Shown here: positions 1-10,728 of the stretch, piece by piece
How the letters are laid out: the number at the start of each line of letters is the position of its first letter
Position numbering within the stretch: the first letter of the stretch is position 1
Source: Thermoplasmatota archaeon
GTDB lineage: Archaea; Thermoplasmatota; E2; DHVEG-1
Assembly: GCA_025457885.1 (NCBI GenBank)
Contig: JALOTN010000007.1
Coordinates: 1,726 to 65,725 of the forward strand
DNA: 64,000 bases
Direction of reading: 5' to 3'
Translations under genes and position numbers: made by a program
Notes under the pieces: generated by a model
The model's database searches: none
What the model was told of the DNA's origin: nothing
The model's input: the letters and a program-made list of their open reading frames with translations, nothing else

Positions 1-450
1 TTACCGTTTCTCAGGAACCATCAGAAACTCCCGGTCTGCATCACGGGGAGTGGTTGTTTTAATAACATGTTCAACGTCAGTATAGGGAATTCCTATTTCG
101 TCTACGGTATACCCACACCCTACTGCATCGGTTGGGGCTTGATGATTCAGCCGGACGGTGGTAGTATTGCAACAATCGGTGCCACCGCGTTTAGCTATGA
201 ATCCCCAGACATCACCCTTGGGTATGGGGGGATCGAATGGTTAGACCGGCAATTCTTCGCTGAATACAGCCTGAATCAGACAGATATCCTTGGCGACACC
301 TGGAGCCGCTCAATATCCGCGGTGTTGCAGGCGTGTCCCTTCGACTGGTCCGACGGTTCGATCAACGGCTCTGCAATCATTGTCAAGAATATCGAACAAT
401 GGGTGCTGTTTGGAGACCCCACCCTGAAGATAGGGGGATACCGACAATAA
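1..450 (+). CDS. Peptidase C25 (gingipain)-like secreted protease, C-terminal part (5' end outside window)
   Basis: Frame 1 is open from nt 1 (LPFLRNHQKLPVCITGSGCF...) into listed ORF 67-450. Its C-terminus VLFGDPTLKIGGYRQ parallels TLIGDPSLKIGGYPAL at the end of the complete C25-like ORF 6108-7436. Confidence 0.5.
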   Translation, partial: LPFLRNHQKLPVCITGSGCFNNMFNVSIGNSYFVYGIPTPYCIGWGLMIQPDGGSIATIGATAFSYESPDITLGYGGIEWLDRQFFAEYSLNQTDILGDTWSRSISAVLQACPFDWSDGSINGSAIIVKNIEQWVLFGDPTLKIGGYRQ

Positions 451-566
451 ACGACAAAATGAGACGCATAAAGTCCTTTCTGATAATACGCTCTTTTCAG
501 AGAAAAATCCAACGGCATTTCTCCATTGAATAATGATAAAAAGTTCATCGTGGATGTCAGAGTCGT

Positions 567-2117
567 ATGATTACGAATCAAAAAGGAAAAAAATCACTCT
601 TCATCACTATAATAATAATTCTGATCTATTTCTCTGGTTGTCTCACTTCCACTGATGGCGATGGGGATACAACAAAAGATTCAATCGTATGGGGTGTCCT
701 GGACTCAGGAAGCATCTATCCCCTTGACGTTAATCATGACAATTTCTGGACGCTCATCCCTAATATTTTCAACGGTTTAGTTGATTTTGATGAAAACTTC
801 CGTATCATCCCTGCTTTGGCTGTTTCTTGGAACAATCCCGATAGCCTCACCTGGCGTTTCTCTCTCAGACAGGGCGTAAAATTTCACAATGGAGATTTGT
901 TCAACGCTCATGACGTTGTGTACTCCTTTGAGAACTATAACAGTGGGGTGAATTCAACACTTAGCGACATCGTCATCCTGGATAACTACACAATCGAATT
1001 TAAAACATATGAACCCTACCCTGGTCTTCTCTCGCGTCTAGCACATACCGGTATCATCTATTGCAGAAACGTCTCTGAGCAATCTGGTATGAAGAGCTTG
1101 ATTGGGACCGGACCCTATCGACTGAAGGAGTACGAGATTGATAATTATACGACCTTAGAACGATTCGATGAATACTGGGGAGAACAATCGGAGATAAAAA
1201 CTGTCACATTCCGAGCAATTCCTGATGATGAGGAACGATTAAACGCGCTTCGTTCTGGCGACATTGACCTTGCGGAATACAACATTGACGACCAGATCGA
1301 TCAGATACTTAATGATGTGAACATCACAGTGGTGAAATTCCCTCCACTTTCCACCTATATCATTGGGTTTGATATGCGACAGAACAATAGTTACGGGTAT
1401 CCTGATGGACAGAACCCTACTGCAGATGTGCGGGTGAGAAAGGCAATCTATCAAGCAATAAATATCTCACCGTTGATCAATGGTCCGTTCAAAGATTTTG
1501 CACAACCAGAATCCCAACTCTTCTCTCCGTACATCTTTGGGTATAACCCGGAGATTGAACGATTACCTTATAATCTTTCTTCTGCGCGTCAGCTCCTAGC
1601 AGACGCAGGATACCCAGGGGGATTCAACATCACCCTGGATTGTATCACTGAAGGGTTCCCATACAATGCAGAGAATTGTTATATGATCACTCAGCAGCTC
1701 TCCCAGGCGGGGATTCATGTCATTATGAATAACCTCTCCATGGAGGAGTTCAATCAGAAGGTGATTATTACAAAGAACACCTCAATGTATCTTGCGGGAT
1801 GGGGAGCGATCTCCGTAGATGGTGGATGGTTCTACGATTTGTTCCTTCGAACCGAGGCAGAGTACCTTGGGTTCTATAATAGCGGACATTATTCAAACCC
1901 TGAGGTCGATCAACTCGGAGCGAGTGCTTCTCATGAGATGGACCCGGAGACACGATTGCAACTGCTTCAAGAAGGGTTCCGGATTGCCTTTGTTGATGAC
2001 GTCATGCTCGTCCCCTTGTTTTCCCAGGAGCTGCTTGCCTTGACTGCGAAAGACATCCAACTCCCTCCTCGGGCAGACCTGAGAAGCGTCGTCAAAGACA
2101 TCACGATTCTCTCCTGA
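567..2117 (+). CDS. ABC transporter substrate-binding protein, family 5 (peptide/nickel, DppA/OppA-like), lipobox-type N-terminus
   Basis: 516 aa. Hydrophobic N-terminus ends in FSGC (lipobox-like). Length and overall sequence pattern are typical of SBP_bac_5 proteins (e.g. GTGPYRLKEY, FNITLD). Confidence 0.75.
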   Translation: MITNQKGKKSLFITIIIILIYFSGCLTSTDGDGDTTKDSIVWGVLDSGSIYPLDVNHDNFWTLIPNIFNGLVDFDENFRIIPALAVSWNNPDSLTWRFSLRQGVKFHNGDLFNAHDVVYSFENYNSGVNSTLSDIVILDNYTIEFKTYEPYPGLLSRLAHTGIIYCRNVSEQSGMKSLIGTGPYRLKEYEIDNYTTLERFDEYWGEQSEIKTVTFRAIPDDEERLNALRSGDIDLAEYNIDDQIDQILNDVNITVVKFPPLSTYIIGFDMRQNNSYGYPDGQNPTADVRVRKAIYQAINISPLINGPFKDFAQPESQLFSPYIFGYNPEIERLPYNLSSARQLLADAGYPGGFNITLDCITEGFPYNAENCYMITQQLSQAGIHVIMNNLSMEEFNQKVIITKNTSMYLAGWGAISVDGGWFYDLFLRTEAEYLGFYNSGHYSNPEVDQLGASASHEMDPETRLQLLQEGFRIAFVDDVMLVPLFSQELLALTAKDIQLPPRADLRSVVKDITILS

Positions 2118-2123
2118 AGATAC

Positions 2124-2696
2124 TTACAAGATGAAACAGGTTATCCCAAGGATGATGAAGACGACCCCGGCAACCTTTTTCAGTAATTTCTGATTTAAAT
2201 TTTTATTTAATATTTTTCCAAAGAAGATCGCCAGAAGAGATAACAAACTGAGTGCAAGCATCGTCCCAAGCAGCACAAGCCAGGCATTGTACTGGGTGGC
2301 AAAGAGCGCTGCGGCAACCTGTGTCTTATCTCCCCATTCCGTTAAAAAGATCATCAGAAATGCTGAGACGAAGATGTTTTTATCATAGGTCTTCTCCTCA
2401 TTTTCTTCCTTTTTGCTCAAAAGCATGTACACCCCAAAGACGATGAACACCACTCCAGAAACCGGTTTGAGAAGTGACACATCAACAACAGAAGTAATCA
2501 AATTGCCTAAGGCGATTGCGAGACCATCCACAATCAGAAACGCAAGGAACACGCCTAGGAAGATATATCCATATTTTTTTGTCCTTGAAGAGAGAAGCAG
2601 AATAGAAACCTGCGTTTTGTCGCCTAACTCTGCTAAAGCAATCGCGATAAAAGGGATGATAATATCCTCAAAGATGCTTCTCACCGATTCCTGCAC
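2124..2696 (-). CDS. UPF0016 / GDT1 (TMEM165) family membrane protein, putative Mn2+/Ca2+ transporter
   Basis: 190 aa polytopic protein with the duplicated signature E-x-G-D-K-T (ELGDKTQ and EWGDKTQ). Confidence 0.8.
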   Translation of the reverse strand: MQESVRSIFEDIIIPFIAIALAELGDKTQVSILLLSSRTKKYGYIFLGVFLAFLIVDGLAIALGNLITSVVDVSLLKPVSGVVFIVFGVYMLLSKKEENEEKTYDKNIFVSAFLMIFLTEWGDKTQVAAALFATQYNAWLVLLGTMLALSLLSLLAIFFGKILNKNLNQKLLKKVAGVVFIILGITCFIL

Positions 2697-2777
2697 AACG
2701 GCAGCAGCAGAATATCATAACACAGTAAATACCTATTGGTCTCTATAAGAAAAAAGGACGAAACGATTGATGTGGAA

Positions 2778-3533
2778 TTATCTGGTTTTTTTTATTTTCT
2801 TCCTGGTTCCGTGATAGTTGTGTGATGTCTTTCTTGTGATCTTTTTTTCAGTGGTCTGATCGAAGAGGTCATCAAGCAGATGACATGATTTCTCGTACTT
2901 CGTCCTCAGATAGTTTTTATTGAATTTGTTTGGGGTGATGATGATTGGCTCTCGACCAGTCACTTTGACACCATGACTGGTGAGATCAAGTATTTTTGCT
3001 GGGTTGTTCGTCAGCAGTTTGATAGAATGGACATTCAATGCCATCAGCATGTGGGCTGCGACTCGGTAGTCCCGCTCGTCTTCCTCAAAACCCAATGCCT
3101 TGTTCGCCTCGTAGGTGTCAAACCCGTAATCCTGCAGTTGGTATGCTCGGATTTTATTAGTCAGACCAATCCCACGCCCCTCCTGACGCATATAGAGGAG
3201 GACGCCATTCCGATGTGAGGCGATCTTTTTAAGGGAGAGCAGAAGTTGGTCATGGCAGTCGCATCGTAAGGAACTAAAGGTATCCCCTGTAAGACACTCG
3301 GAGTGGAGTCGGACGGGGACGTTTGATTTCCCATAGACATCGCCTTTGACAAGGGCGACATGGTCTTTGTGATCCTCGCTGTTTTGGAAGGCAACAATCT
3401 GGAATGTCCCGTATCGTGTTGGGAGGTTGGCCACCGCGACAATCTGGACACAAATCTCAATGTTTTTTCCATCGCAGGTGAAATGTCGATCTGGTTCGAG
3501 AAGCTTATGGATCTGTGGTTTTGTCAAAGACAT
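2778..3533 (-). CDS. ribA: GTP cyclohydrolase II
   Basis: Has LHSECLTGDTFSSLRCDCHDQL (zinc-binding Cys motif of RibA) and YMRQEGRGIGLTNKIRAYQLQD. Carries a Lys/Arg-rich C-terminal tail. Confidence 0.85.
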   Translation of the reverse strand: MSLTKPQIHKLLEPDRHFTCDGKNIEICVQIVAVANLPTRYGTFQIVAFQNSEDHKDHVALVKGDVYGKSNVPVRLHSECLTGDTFSSLRCDCHDQLLLSLKKIASHRNGVLLYMRQEGRGIGLTNKIRAYQLQDYGFDTYEANKALGFEEDERDYRVAAHMLMALNVHSIKLLTNNPAKILDLTSHGVKVTGREPIIITPNKFNKNYLRTKYEKSCHLLDDLFDQTTEKKITRKTSHNYHGTRKKIKKTR

Positions 3534-3572
3534 AGGGTATCAATCCAGTGCCCCAGAAAATACTCTGTTGCT

Positions 3573-3806
3573 ATGAATCTTTCGTCAGGGGGCGAAATCA
3601 TTAACTATGGCTTTGACCATGGCAACATCATGTCGGAAAAAATTCATCATTACGATTTCGTTGATGAGATACGTATCTGCCCCTTATGCGGATATGGGGA
3701 TGGTTTCCATAACATGTTCCGACGAGAGGGCAGAAAGACCCATTGGTTCTTGATTTGTTCAAGCTGCCATGAGGTATTCGATTACGGACTCGAGTATAAA
3801 GGATAA
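3573..3806 (+). CDS. Small hypothetical zinc-ribbon protein
   Basis: ATG at 3573 inside listed ORF 3360-3806; the upstream part overlaps ribA antisense. Two Cys pairs are present: CPLCG and CSSCH. Confidence 0.35.
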   Translation: MNLSSGGEIINYGFDHGNIMSEKIHHYDFVDEIRICPLCGYGDGFHNMFRREGRKTHWFLICSSCHEVFDYGLEYKG

Positions 3807-3888
3807 ATCAGGATTGATACGTCTTGATTTTGATCTGCATCATATCTCTGGTGAAGCACCCAAATTTAGTATGGGGTTTCTGATGTGT

Positions 3889-4380
3889 TTATTCGAAGAT
3901 TTTCTCCATAAGAAGTACATCAAGTCGTTTCCCGAATTTCACTCCTACCTCTTTCATGACCCCGATGGGGAAAAAACCAAACTCTTCGTGGAGTGAAATG
4001 CTGATGGTGTTTCCCTCGGTGATGCGTGCGATAACAGCATGCAGACCCTGTTTCTCTCCTTCCTCCAAAATCCTTTTCAGGAGTCTCTTGCCAATGCCTT
4101 TCCCTTGGTAATCCTTCCTGATGTATAATGAGATTTCCGCTGTATCGGTATAGGCACATCGATCGGACCATTTGCTTAAGGAACCCCACCCGATCACCGT
4201 TCCATCCATCTCAGCAACCAGGAGAGGATTTTTTCTCCCATGATCCTCAAACCATGTTTTTTGTTCATCCAAGGTTTTCGGTGTGGTATCAAACGTCGCA
4301 ATCGTCGTCATGATTGCTTCGTTATAAATCTCAGTGATCATCGGAAGATCTTTTTCCTTGGCTTTCCGAATCTGCATCAT
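3889..4380 (-). CDS. GNAT N-acetyltransferase (phosphinothricin acetyltransferase-like)
   Basis: MMQIRKAKEKDLPMITEIYNEAI...TATFDT..., YQGKGIGKRLL acetyl-CoA binding motif, ARITEGNTISISLHEEFGF. Start chosen at the internal Met. Confidence 0.75.
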   Translation of the reverse strand: MMQIRKAKEKDLPMITEIYNEAIMTTIATFDTTPKTLDEQKTWFEDHGRKNPLLVAEMDGTVIGWGSLSKWSDRCAYTDTAEISLYIRKDYQGKGIGKRLLKRILEEGEKQGLHAVIARITEGNTISISLHEEFGFFPIGVMKEVGVKFGKRLDVLLMEKIFE

Positions 4381-4528
4381 ATGTTCAGATCTCCTCTGTG
4401 TTTCGTTCTCCAAACCTCATTGAATAAAAAAAGTAAGGGTGCACCTTTACATAAAGATACCCGATGCATCCGTTCGTCGGAAGAGATTATTTTTATACAG
4501 AGATTTGTTTGTCTTCTTGGTTTTTCCC

Positions 4529-5695
4529 ATGTTCGAAGGATTACCTACGACGATAGAATTCCAACTCAGTTTATTGCTGTTTGTAGCATTAGCAGGATAT
4601 CTTATCGCATCGAAAATAAATCAATCCGCTATTGTTTGGGAGATACTGGTAGGAATCGCTATTGGTCCAAGTTTACTTGGATTGATTACCTATACAGATT
4701 GCGTAGAAACTTTTGCACATTTAGGTGCAGTCGTGTTGCTGTTTGTTGTTGGTCTTGAATTTAATATCAAGGATGTCTTCAACGTCAAGTATGGAATTAT
4801 TGCTCTTATCGGAGTGATCGTGCCTTGGCTTGGTGGATATTTTCTCGCGGAATTCTTCGGCTATGATTTTATTAGTTCTGTTTTCGTCGGCACTGCAATG
4901 ACGGCAACAAGTATCGCAATCACTGCAAACGTCCTAAGGGAGATGGGTAAATTACAGACAGAAGCTGCAAAGGCAATCATAGGTGCAGCTGTCATTGATG
5001 ACGTCCTAGGTTTACTCGTACTTTCATTTTCAATGCAGGTGACACATGACACAATATCGATAGTACCTATAGTCCTCGTCATCATCGAAGCAGTGATTTT
5101 CATGGTGATTGGTGCCTATGTTGGTCATGTGTATCTATCAAGGCTCATCGAGAAGCTTGATGCGACAAAACTTGCAGGGAGATTCCCTGAAACTATTTTT
5201 CTCTTTGCAATGGTGATAGCTTTTTTCTATGCGATGATCGCGGAGCTTATCGGGTTATCAGCGATTGTTGGCGCATTTCTTGCGGGAGTTGCTTTGACAA
5301 GTTGTACCATTAAGCATGGGAAGAATTTCAAAGAAGGAGCAGAATATCTGATGATTATTTTTGCCTCAATATTTTTCGTGTCCCTAGGAATCCTTGCAGA
5401 TTTTCATACATTGACACTTCAGATTCTCTGGTTCTTGATTACCTTAACTATCGTAGCATTTCTGACAAAAATCATTGGATGCTATGTAGGAGCCCGGATT
5501 GGCCGAATGTCTCATAAGAATTCCCTGATTGTGGGAATGGGGATGGCTCCACGGGGGGAAGTCGCCATGATAGTTGCTTTGATAGGACTGAATTTAGGGG
5601 TGATTCAACAGGATATTTATGTCTCAATCATCCTCATGAGCCTTTTGACAACCATCTTTGTCCCGATAGTATTACGGCACTTCATGAAAGATTGA
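4529..5695 (+). CDS. Cation:proton antiporter (CPA2 / Kef-type Na+/H+ exchanger family)
   Basis: About 388 aa polytopic protein with ILVGIAIGPSLLG, LLFVVGLEF and MAPRGEVAM motifs typical of Na_H_Exchanger proteins. Start placed at MFEGLPTT. Confidence 0.8.
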   Translation: MFEGLPTTIEFQLSLLLFVALAGYLIASKINQSAIVWEILVGIAIGPSLLGLITYTDCVETFAHLGAVVLLFVVGLEFNIKDVFNVKYGIIALIGVIVPWLGGYFLAEFFGYDFISSVFVGTAMTATSIAITANVLREMGKLQTEAAKAIIGAAVIDDVLGLLVLSFSMQVTHDTISIVPIVLVIIEAVIFMVIGAYVGHVYLSRLIEKLDATKLAGRFPETIFLFAMVIAFFYAMIAELIGLSAIVGAFLAGVALTSCTIKHGKNFKEGAEYLMIIFASIFFVSLGILADFHTLTLQILWFLITLTIVAFLTKIIGCYVGARIGRMSHKNSLIVGMGMAPRGEVAMIVALIGLNLGVIQQDIYVSIILMSLLTTIFVPIVLRHFMKD

Positions 5696-5760
5696 GAAAA
5701 TAATTTGAAATATAATAAATATGAAATATCCCTTTGCGGTGACGTTGTAGGTGTTAAATC

Positions 5761-6096
5761 ATGGAGAGTATTTTTCCACCATCTGTTCGAAATCTCCCTG
5801 AAATAATCATCCCTCTCGAGGGTGTAACAGGATATGTTGTTCAGGGGGAAAATGAACAAGTGGTGTTCATGGAGTTTGAAATGGATACTGCCGTCCCTGA
5901 ACATACTCATGAAAGTCAATGGGAGATTGTCCTCGAGGGAAAGGTGGATTATTGGGAAGATGGAAGAAAACATACGTATAAAAAAGGTGATAGGTTCTTT
6001 GTTGAAAAAGGAAAAAAACATTCGGCATTTGTGTACGCCGGGTATTGTTGTTTTATGTTTTTCAATCAGAAGGATCGATATAAAAAGAAGAAATGA
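5761..6096 (+). CDS. Cupin domain protein
   Basis: 111 aa. Has PEHTHESQWEIVLEG...GDRFFVEKGKKHSA, a cupin_2-like two-motif pattern. Confidence 0.6.
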   Translation: MESIFPPSVRNLPEIIIPLEGVTGYVVQGENEQVVFMEFEMDTAVPEHTHESQWEIVLEGKVDYWEDGRKHTYKKGDRFFVEKGKKHSAFVYAGYCCFMFFNQKDRYKKKK

Positions 6097-6107
6097 ATAG
6101 AGATTGC

Positions 6108-7436
6108 TTACAAAGCTGGATATCCGCCGATTTTAAGGCTGGGATCCCCAATTAATGTGAATTCTTGTATGGTGAGGGGATCGTAAATGATCCTGTTGAT
6201 AACATTCGTAATGTATTGTTGTTGAGCCTGGACGAACAGAGAACCAAGATGGTCTCCTGGTGAGTAAGCTTCAAAAAAATATTTCTGTAAACAGCTTGCC
6301 CCTGCAAGTAATGGATCGCCAGCAAATCCTCCAAAACCGACTCGTGTCGCTGCTACACAGGCAATAGCACCACTCTCATGTTTCTTGATTAGAGACCAAG
6401 CGAAACAGGGGATATGGATGTTCCAGATTTGATAATCAAATGCTCCTGTAAGACAGGCATCAAAATACATAATCGGGTATTTTCCTTTATTTTGGATACC
6501 GATGATGTAGGGGAGAAGGTAACGGATTTGTGAATCTGTGTCAAATGGTGAGGTAGCTAGTCCGTATTCGAAACCATGTCCCGAGTAGCTAACAAACCCT
6601 GCTCCTTTAGAGATTTCTCTATTGATTTTCATAGGACGGAACGTATTCAGTGATGTCCACAGTTTTATTGGAGTAAAGTCTGGTAGAAGGGATGAGATAT
6701 ACTCTGTGACCACCTCACCTTCACTAATATCTGCTAGATGGGGGAAGGTATCTCCACCCATGAGAATCAGACGATGAAACCAATCAGAACCATAGGTGGT
6801 CGTTTCATAAGTAATGATTTTATTCACGACGTTTTTTACATCACTTATCTTAGTGCAAGGGAGTCGCCCTATCATAACATCTGGGATTCCTTCAATATCA
6901 TCGATGATTTCAAAGGTCTCATTGTATGGTTGATAATTCATAATCATATGTATTTCACTATACTGTCCATCGTTATTGGTATCCCAGGTGGCAAATGAAC
7001 CGTTGTCATTATAGATGTCAGAATAGTAAAGGTCGGTAAGGACATCTGGTACGACAATATCCCCAAAATAATCCCAGTATAACGCAGTTTTTCGTATTGG
7101 CACCTTATTGATGTCACCAATAAGTAACACGTAGCTTATATTGTTCATCTCAAGTGCATTTTTAATGAAATATTTTATTTGTTCGGCAGAATCCCTCCCT
7201 GAATGTTCTGAATAAATCTCATCGGTGGTCTTGAGAAATGTTTGAATACCATGATTATTTTTATGAGTGATTAACGGTTGAATGGTTTCTGAAAACGTCT
7301 CTGGAGCGATGATGACCATATCGTAGGCATCAGTTGCTATCGAGGAGGTAGTGGTTTTTATTGAAGATTCGGCATTGACTCCAACTCCTGTAAGGAGTAA
7401 AATTCCTATTGCGAAGACACATTTAAGATATCTCAT
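6108..7436 (-). CDS. Peptidase C25 (gingipain)-like secreted cysteine protease
   Basis: Signal peptide MRYLKCVFAIGILLLTGVGVNA. Catalytic-type motifs VSYSGHG (His) and YFDACLTG (Cys). Start moved to the Met at 7436. Confidence 0.7.
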   Translation of the reverse strand: MRYLKCVFAIGILLLTGVGVNAESSIKTTTSSIATDAYDMVIIAPETFSETIQPLITHKNNHGIQTFLKTTDEIYSEHSGRDSAEQIKYFIKNALEMNNISYVLLIGDINKVPIRKTALYWDYFGDIVVPDVLTDLYYSDIYNDNGSFATWDTNNDGQYSEIHMIMNYQPYNETFEIIDDIEGIPDVMIGRLPCTKISDVKNVVNKIITYETTTYGSDWFHRLILMGGDTFPHLADISEGEVVTEYISSLLPDFTPIKLWTSLNTFRPMKINREISKGAGFVSYSGHGFEYGLATSPFDTDSQIRYLLPYIIGIQNKGKYPIMYFDACLTGAFDYQIWNIHIPCFAWSLIKKHESGAIACVAATRVGFGGFAGDPLLAGASCLQKYFFEAYSPGDHLGSLFVQAQQQYITNVINRIIYDPLTIQEFTLIGDPSLKIGGYPAL

Positions 7437-7652
7437 GGTCCTAACCCTGTTATTCAAGTAAAGAAAGAAATATTTAAAGACCATCTTTGTTTTTTTATGC
7501 AAAAACAAGTTTTTTTCTCTATAGAGCGAGTGTTTGCTTAAATATTATCTTTTTCATTTTTTTTTTACGCATTCATTATCAGAAAAAATAAATACTTAAA
7601 TATGTTGTGTATATAAAAAAAATAAACTTGCGATAAAAGATAACTTTGGGAG

Positions 7653-7979
7653 ATGTTCTCAATGACACAGATTCAGATAAAAGTGTTAAAAACCCTCGTG
7701 CAAAAAGAGTATCAACATTACTGTGGTATTCCCATTGAGAAATGTCCCTGTTTTTCAGAGGGACAAATTTTCCGAACCAGTTATGAAAAACCAGAAGGAT
7801 TTTGCGATTGGGCATGGAATGATCTCCATCCCTATGTTGCATCATTTCTAACCGGTGGGGAATTCACCGAAAATCTCTTTGAGGGATGGATGAAAGATAA
7901 AAATACCATGGTCGCGTGCTGCACAGATGGAATACGGCCAGTAATATTTGAAATAAAGAGGATACCGATAAAACCATAA
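7653..7979 (+). CDS. TIGR04076-family small Cys-rich protein
   Basis: Has CPCFSEGQIF...PEGFCDWAWNDL...ACCTDGIRPVIFEIKR, which matches my memory of the TIGR04076 pattern. Confidence 0.6.
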   Translation: MFSMTQIQIKVLKTLVQKEYQHYCGIPIEKCPCFSEGQIFRTSYEKPEGFCDWAWNDLHPYVASFLTGGEFTENLFEGWMKDKNTMVACCTDGIRPVIFEIKRIPIKP

Positions 7980-8147
7980 GAAGAATTCTAAGAGAAACAC
8001 AGATAGGGATACTAATTATAAAAATTAAAACGACGGCTAGAATATGAATACGATGGATGTTCTTTTCTTAATAAATATCACTTGAAAAAAAAGATATCGC
8101 ATTATGGAAGAAGAAGTTTTAAAAGGAATTCAACATTTCTCTGTAGG

Positions 8148-9722
8148 ATGCGAGCGCTTCTGGCGAATATGGGTTTTGTTCTTCAGATCTCCGGAATATT
8201 TATGGTTCTACCAATTATTCTTTCCTTTATCAATGAGGAGATAGTAGCCACAGTTGGATTGTTTATCACAGCAACCATCTTTCTCATTCTAGGTTTTGTT
8301 TTTAATGCCTTCTGTGAACGGCGAACATTGTCTTATAAAAGCTCTTGTGGTTTGATTGTCCTTGTTTTTATCCTTCTCAGTCTGATTGGCTCTATCCCCT
8401 ATATTTATATTAATTTTTCAAATGGAGATATCATCCAGAACGTATCTGATAGTATTTTTGAATCCGTATCAGGGTTTACCACAACTGGATTTTCCGTGAT
8501 TCCAAATATTACTGTTCTCCCGGAATCTATTCTATTCTACCGGGGATTGACACAGTTTATTGGTGGGATAGGTATTGTTTTAATTCTTCTTGCTTTTTTT
8601 TATCCGGAAGCAAAATTACAGGACTTTGCAAAAGGCATGGGTTTTTCCAAAGATCAAAAAATTAAAAAGACATTTCTCCTGATTCTTCTTATATACATTG
8701 CCATTACCACGATTATGGGGACGTTAAGCATTCTGCTTGGGTATCATGATGTGATAAAAGCAATCTCTTTTGTTTTCTCTGCAATAAGTACAGGAGGCTT
8801 TGCCCCTCTCAATGATATTACTCAAGTTGCGACAACCTTCCCTATGAACATTGTTCTAATTATTACCATGGTGCTTGGTGCTACAAACTTTTTTATCCTT
8901 GCAGGATTGTTTAAATTTAAGATAAAAGAATTTTTCATTTCAGAAACATCAATATTTCTCATAATGGCGATTGTTGCAATTAGTATCCCTGTGATTTTTT
9001 TTGGTTTATCTATAAGTGAAGCGATTTTTCATATTATAAGTGCGATGACAACAACCGGATTTAGTTACCTTTCTATAGCACAGTTTACCGATGGATTCAA
9101 ATTATTTTTAGTTTTTTTAATGCTTGTCGGTGGTGCAAGTTTTTCGACAGCAGGTGGTATCAAAATCTATCGGTTAGTTCTTATGTTAAAAGCAGTCCGG
9201 AAAGCAGTGCATGAAAGCATCACTGACCGAGAATATCCCATTAAACTCTTTGGAAAAGAATACAGCAACTCGGCTATTAATCAAGCAGCTGTCATTGTTT
9301 TATTGGTGATTACTTTTGTCTTTTTTTCTGCGTTCATTGTAAGTTCCTATGGATTTCAACCTGTGGATGCGCTTTTTGAAACCACATCTGCTGTCGCGAC
9401 AACAGGGTTGAGTACCGGTATTGTCAATGCATCTTTAGCCTTAGAACTGAAATGGTTATTTGCCTTTCTGATGATCCTCGGGCGTGTGGAAATACTACCA
9501 TTCCTTATTGTTTTTTCTAGGATAAAAGAGCCTGCGATGAAAGATAAACCAAAAATAAAAACGATGAAAGAAAATGAGACAAACCAAGTCACTAGACAAT
9601 ATAAATGTCCGAATTGCGGTAACATAGGTACATATGTCGGAAATCGTGGAGAGAGTCTTACGATCACCTGTTTATCCTGTGGAACGAAAGGGAAAGTCAC
9701 TATTCAGGAGAACAATACTTGA
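8148..9722 (+). CDS. trkH: TrkH/KtrB-family K+ transporter membrane subunit with C-terminal zinc-ribbon extension
   Basis: Repeated pore-loop motifs: SGFTTTGFS, ISTGGFAP, MTTTGFS and ATTGLSTG. The tail has CPNCG...CLSCG. Start is uncertain (the listed ORF starts at 8082 with TTG). Confidence 0.8.
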   Translation: MRALLANMGFVLQISGIFMVLPIILSFINEEIVATVGLFITATIFLILGFVFNAFCERRTLSYKSSCGLIVLVFILLSLIGSIPYIYINFSNGDIIQNVSDSIFESVSGFTTTGFSVIPNITVLPESILFYRGLTQFIGGIGIVLILLAFFYPEAKLQDFAKGMGFSKDQKIKKTFLLILLIYIAITTIMGTLSILLGYHDVIKAISFVFSAISTGGFAPLNDITQVATTFPMNIVLIITMVLGATNFFILAGLFKFKIKEFFISETSIFLIMAIVAISIPVIFFGLSISEAIFHIISAMTTTGFSYLSIAQFTDGFKLFLVFLMLVGGASFSTAGGIKIYRLVLMLKAVRKAVHESITDREYPIKLFGKEYSNSAINQAAVIVLLVITFVFFSAFIVSSYGFQPVDALFETTSAVATTGLSTGIVNASLALELKWLFAFLMILGRVEILPFLIVFSRIKEPAMKDKPKIKTMKENETNQVTRQYKCPNCGNIGTYVGNRGESLTITCLSCGTKGKVTIQENNT

Positions 9723-10063
9723 AAAATTGATTTTAGACTAGTCCAACTGAACGTATGATTGATGCAATGACAATTCCAATGAGCGGTACGACTACGCCTG
9801 CATAAATTAATGTCTCATAATCTTTAGAGATTTCTCTTCTTTGGATATTTTTTGTCATGGTACATCCCATAATGATATTCGTGATGTGATTAATAATTAC
9901 AGTAGGGTAGGTACGTATGCAACTAATATATCAGATATCTAAATATTAACAAGTATCCGCTGGGTACTTTGCTGGTAATCTGTCTTAGATATTTCAGCAA
10001 AATTACAAACCACTGATTTCTTTACAATAATATAAACTTCTTATGTTTCTTTTATTTCATTCT

Positions 10064-10312
10064 CTACCTATAAGATTGTCTGAATGTTATCTGATGTTGT
10101 TCTTCCAAATTTTTTCGTAATATTTCATAAGTATTTTTTGAAATTTCTTCTCTGCTCAATTGTTCATCTAACCTATTCAGTTGTTTTTTGTATGTTTCTA
10201 ATTCGTCTTCCCTTTCTTGATTTTTCCTTCTATTGTTTAATGTCACGTATACCATAGAAGATAACAAAAATATTATTGCAAACCCAATAGCTATAATGGT
10301 ATTATCCATCAT
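10064..10312 (-). CDS. Small membrane-anchored coiled-coil protein (weak SHOCT-like C-terminus)
   Basis: 82 aa. N-terminal TM helix IIAIGFAIIFLLSSMVYV is followed by a charged helical region. Lies in an AT-rich block. Confidence 0.4.
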   Translation of the reverse strand: MMDNTIIAIGFAIIFLLSSMVYVTLNNRRKNQEREDELETYKKQLNRLDEQLSREEISKNTYEILRKNLEEQHQITFRQSYR

Positions 10313-10728
10313 TAATCTCCAACTTAACGATATTAATTATGTAAGATTTATCTGGTCGATGAATATGTTTATTTTAGTACCGCGATAATAACAATTCCTA
10401 AAATAATCAGTATTAAACTCATCATGAGGAGAACTAATCTATTTTTTTCGTAAATGTTTTTATTATCAAATAGGATTTTCAAGGTATTTCACCATTAATA
10501 ATTCAATAATTCCCACCCAATAATATAAAGAAATAAACAACAAAAATGACATATTGCCGCTAATTGGATTCGTACAATTACATTATCCTCTATTTCCACT
10601 TGTGTATTCTTAGTACCACATATCATATCTAATCAAATATTGAAAAAAAGAACAAATTAATAAAATAATTTATACTGATTCTACATAAATACAAAAATTT
10701 TTAAGAATATATTGGATTTCAAGTAATA

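Noticed and set aside
3769-3996. 75-aa plus-strand ORF between the zinc-ribbon ORF and the acetyltransferase
   Set aside because: Its 3' half overlaps the C-terminus of the well-supported GNAT gene on the opposite strand. It has no motif and no upstream promoter-like box.
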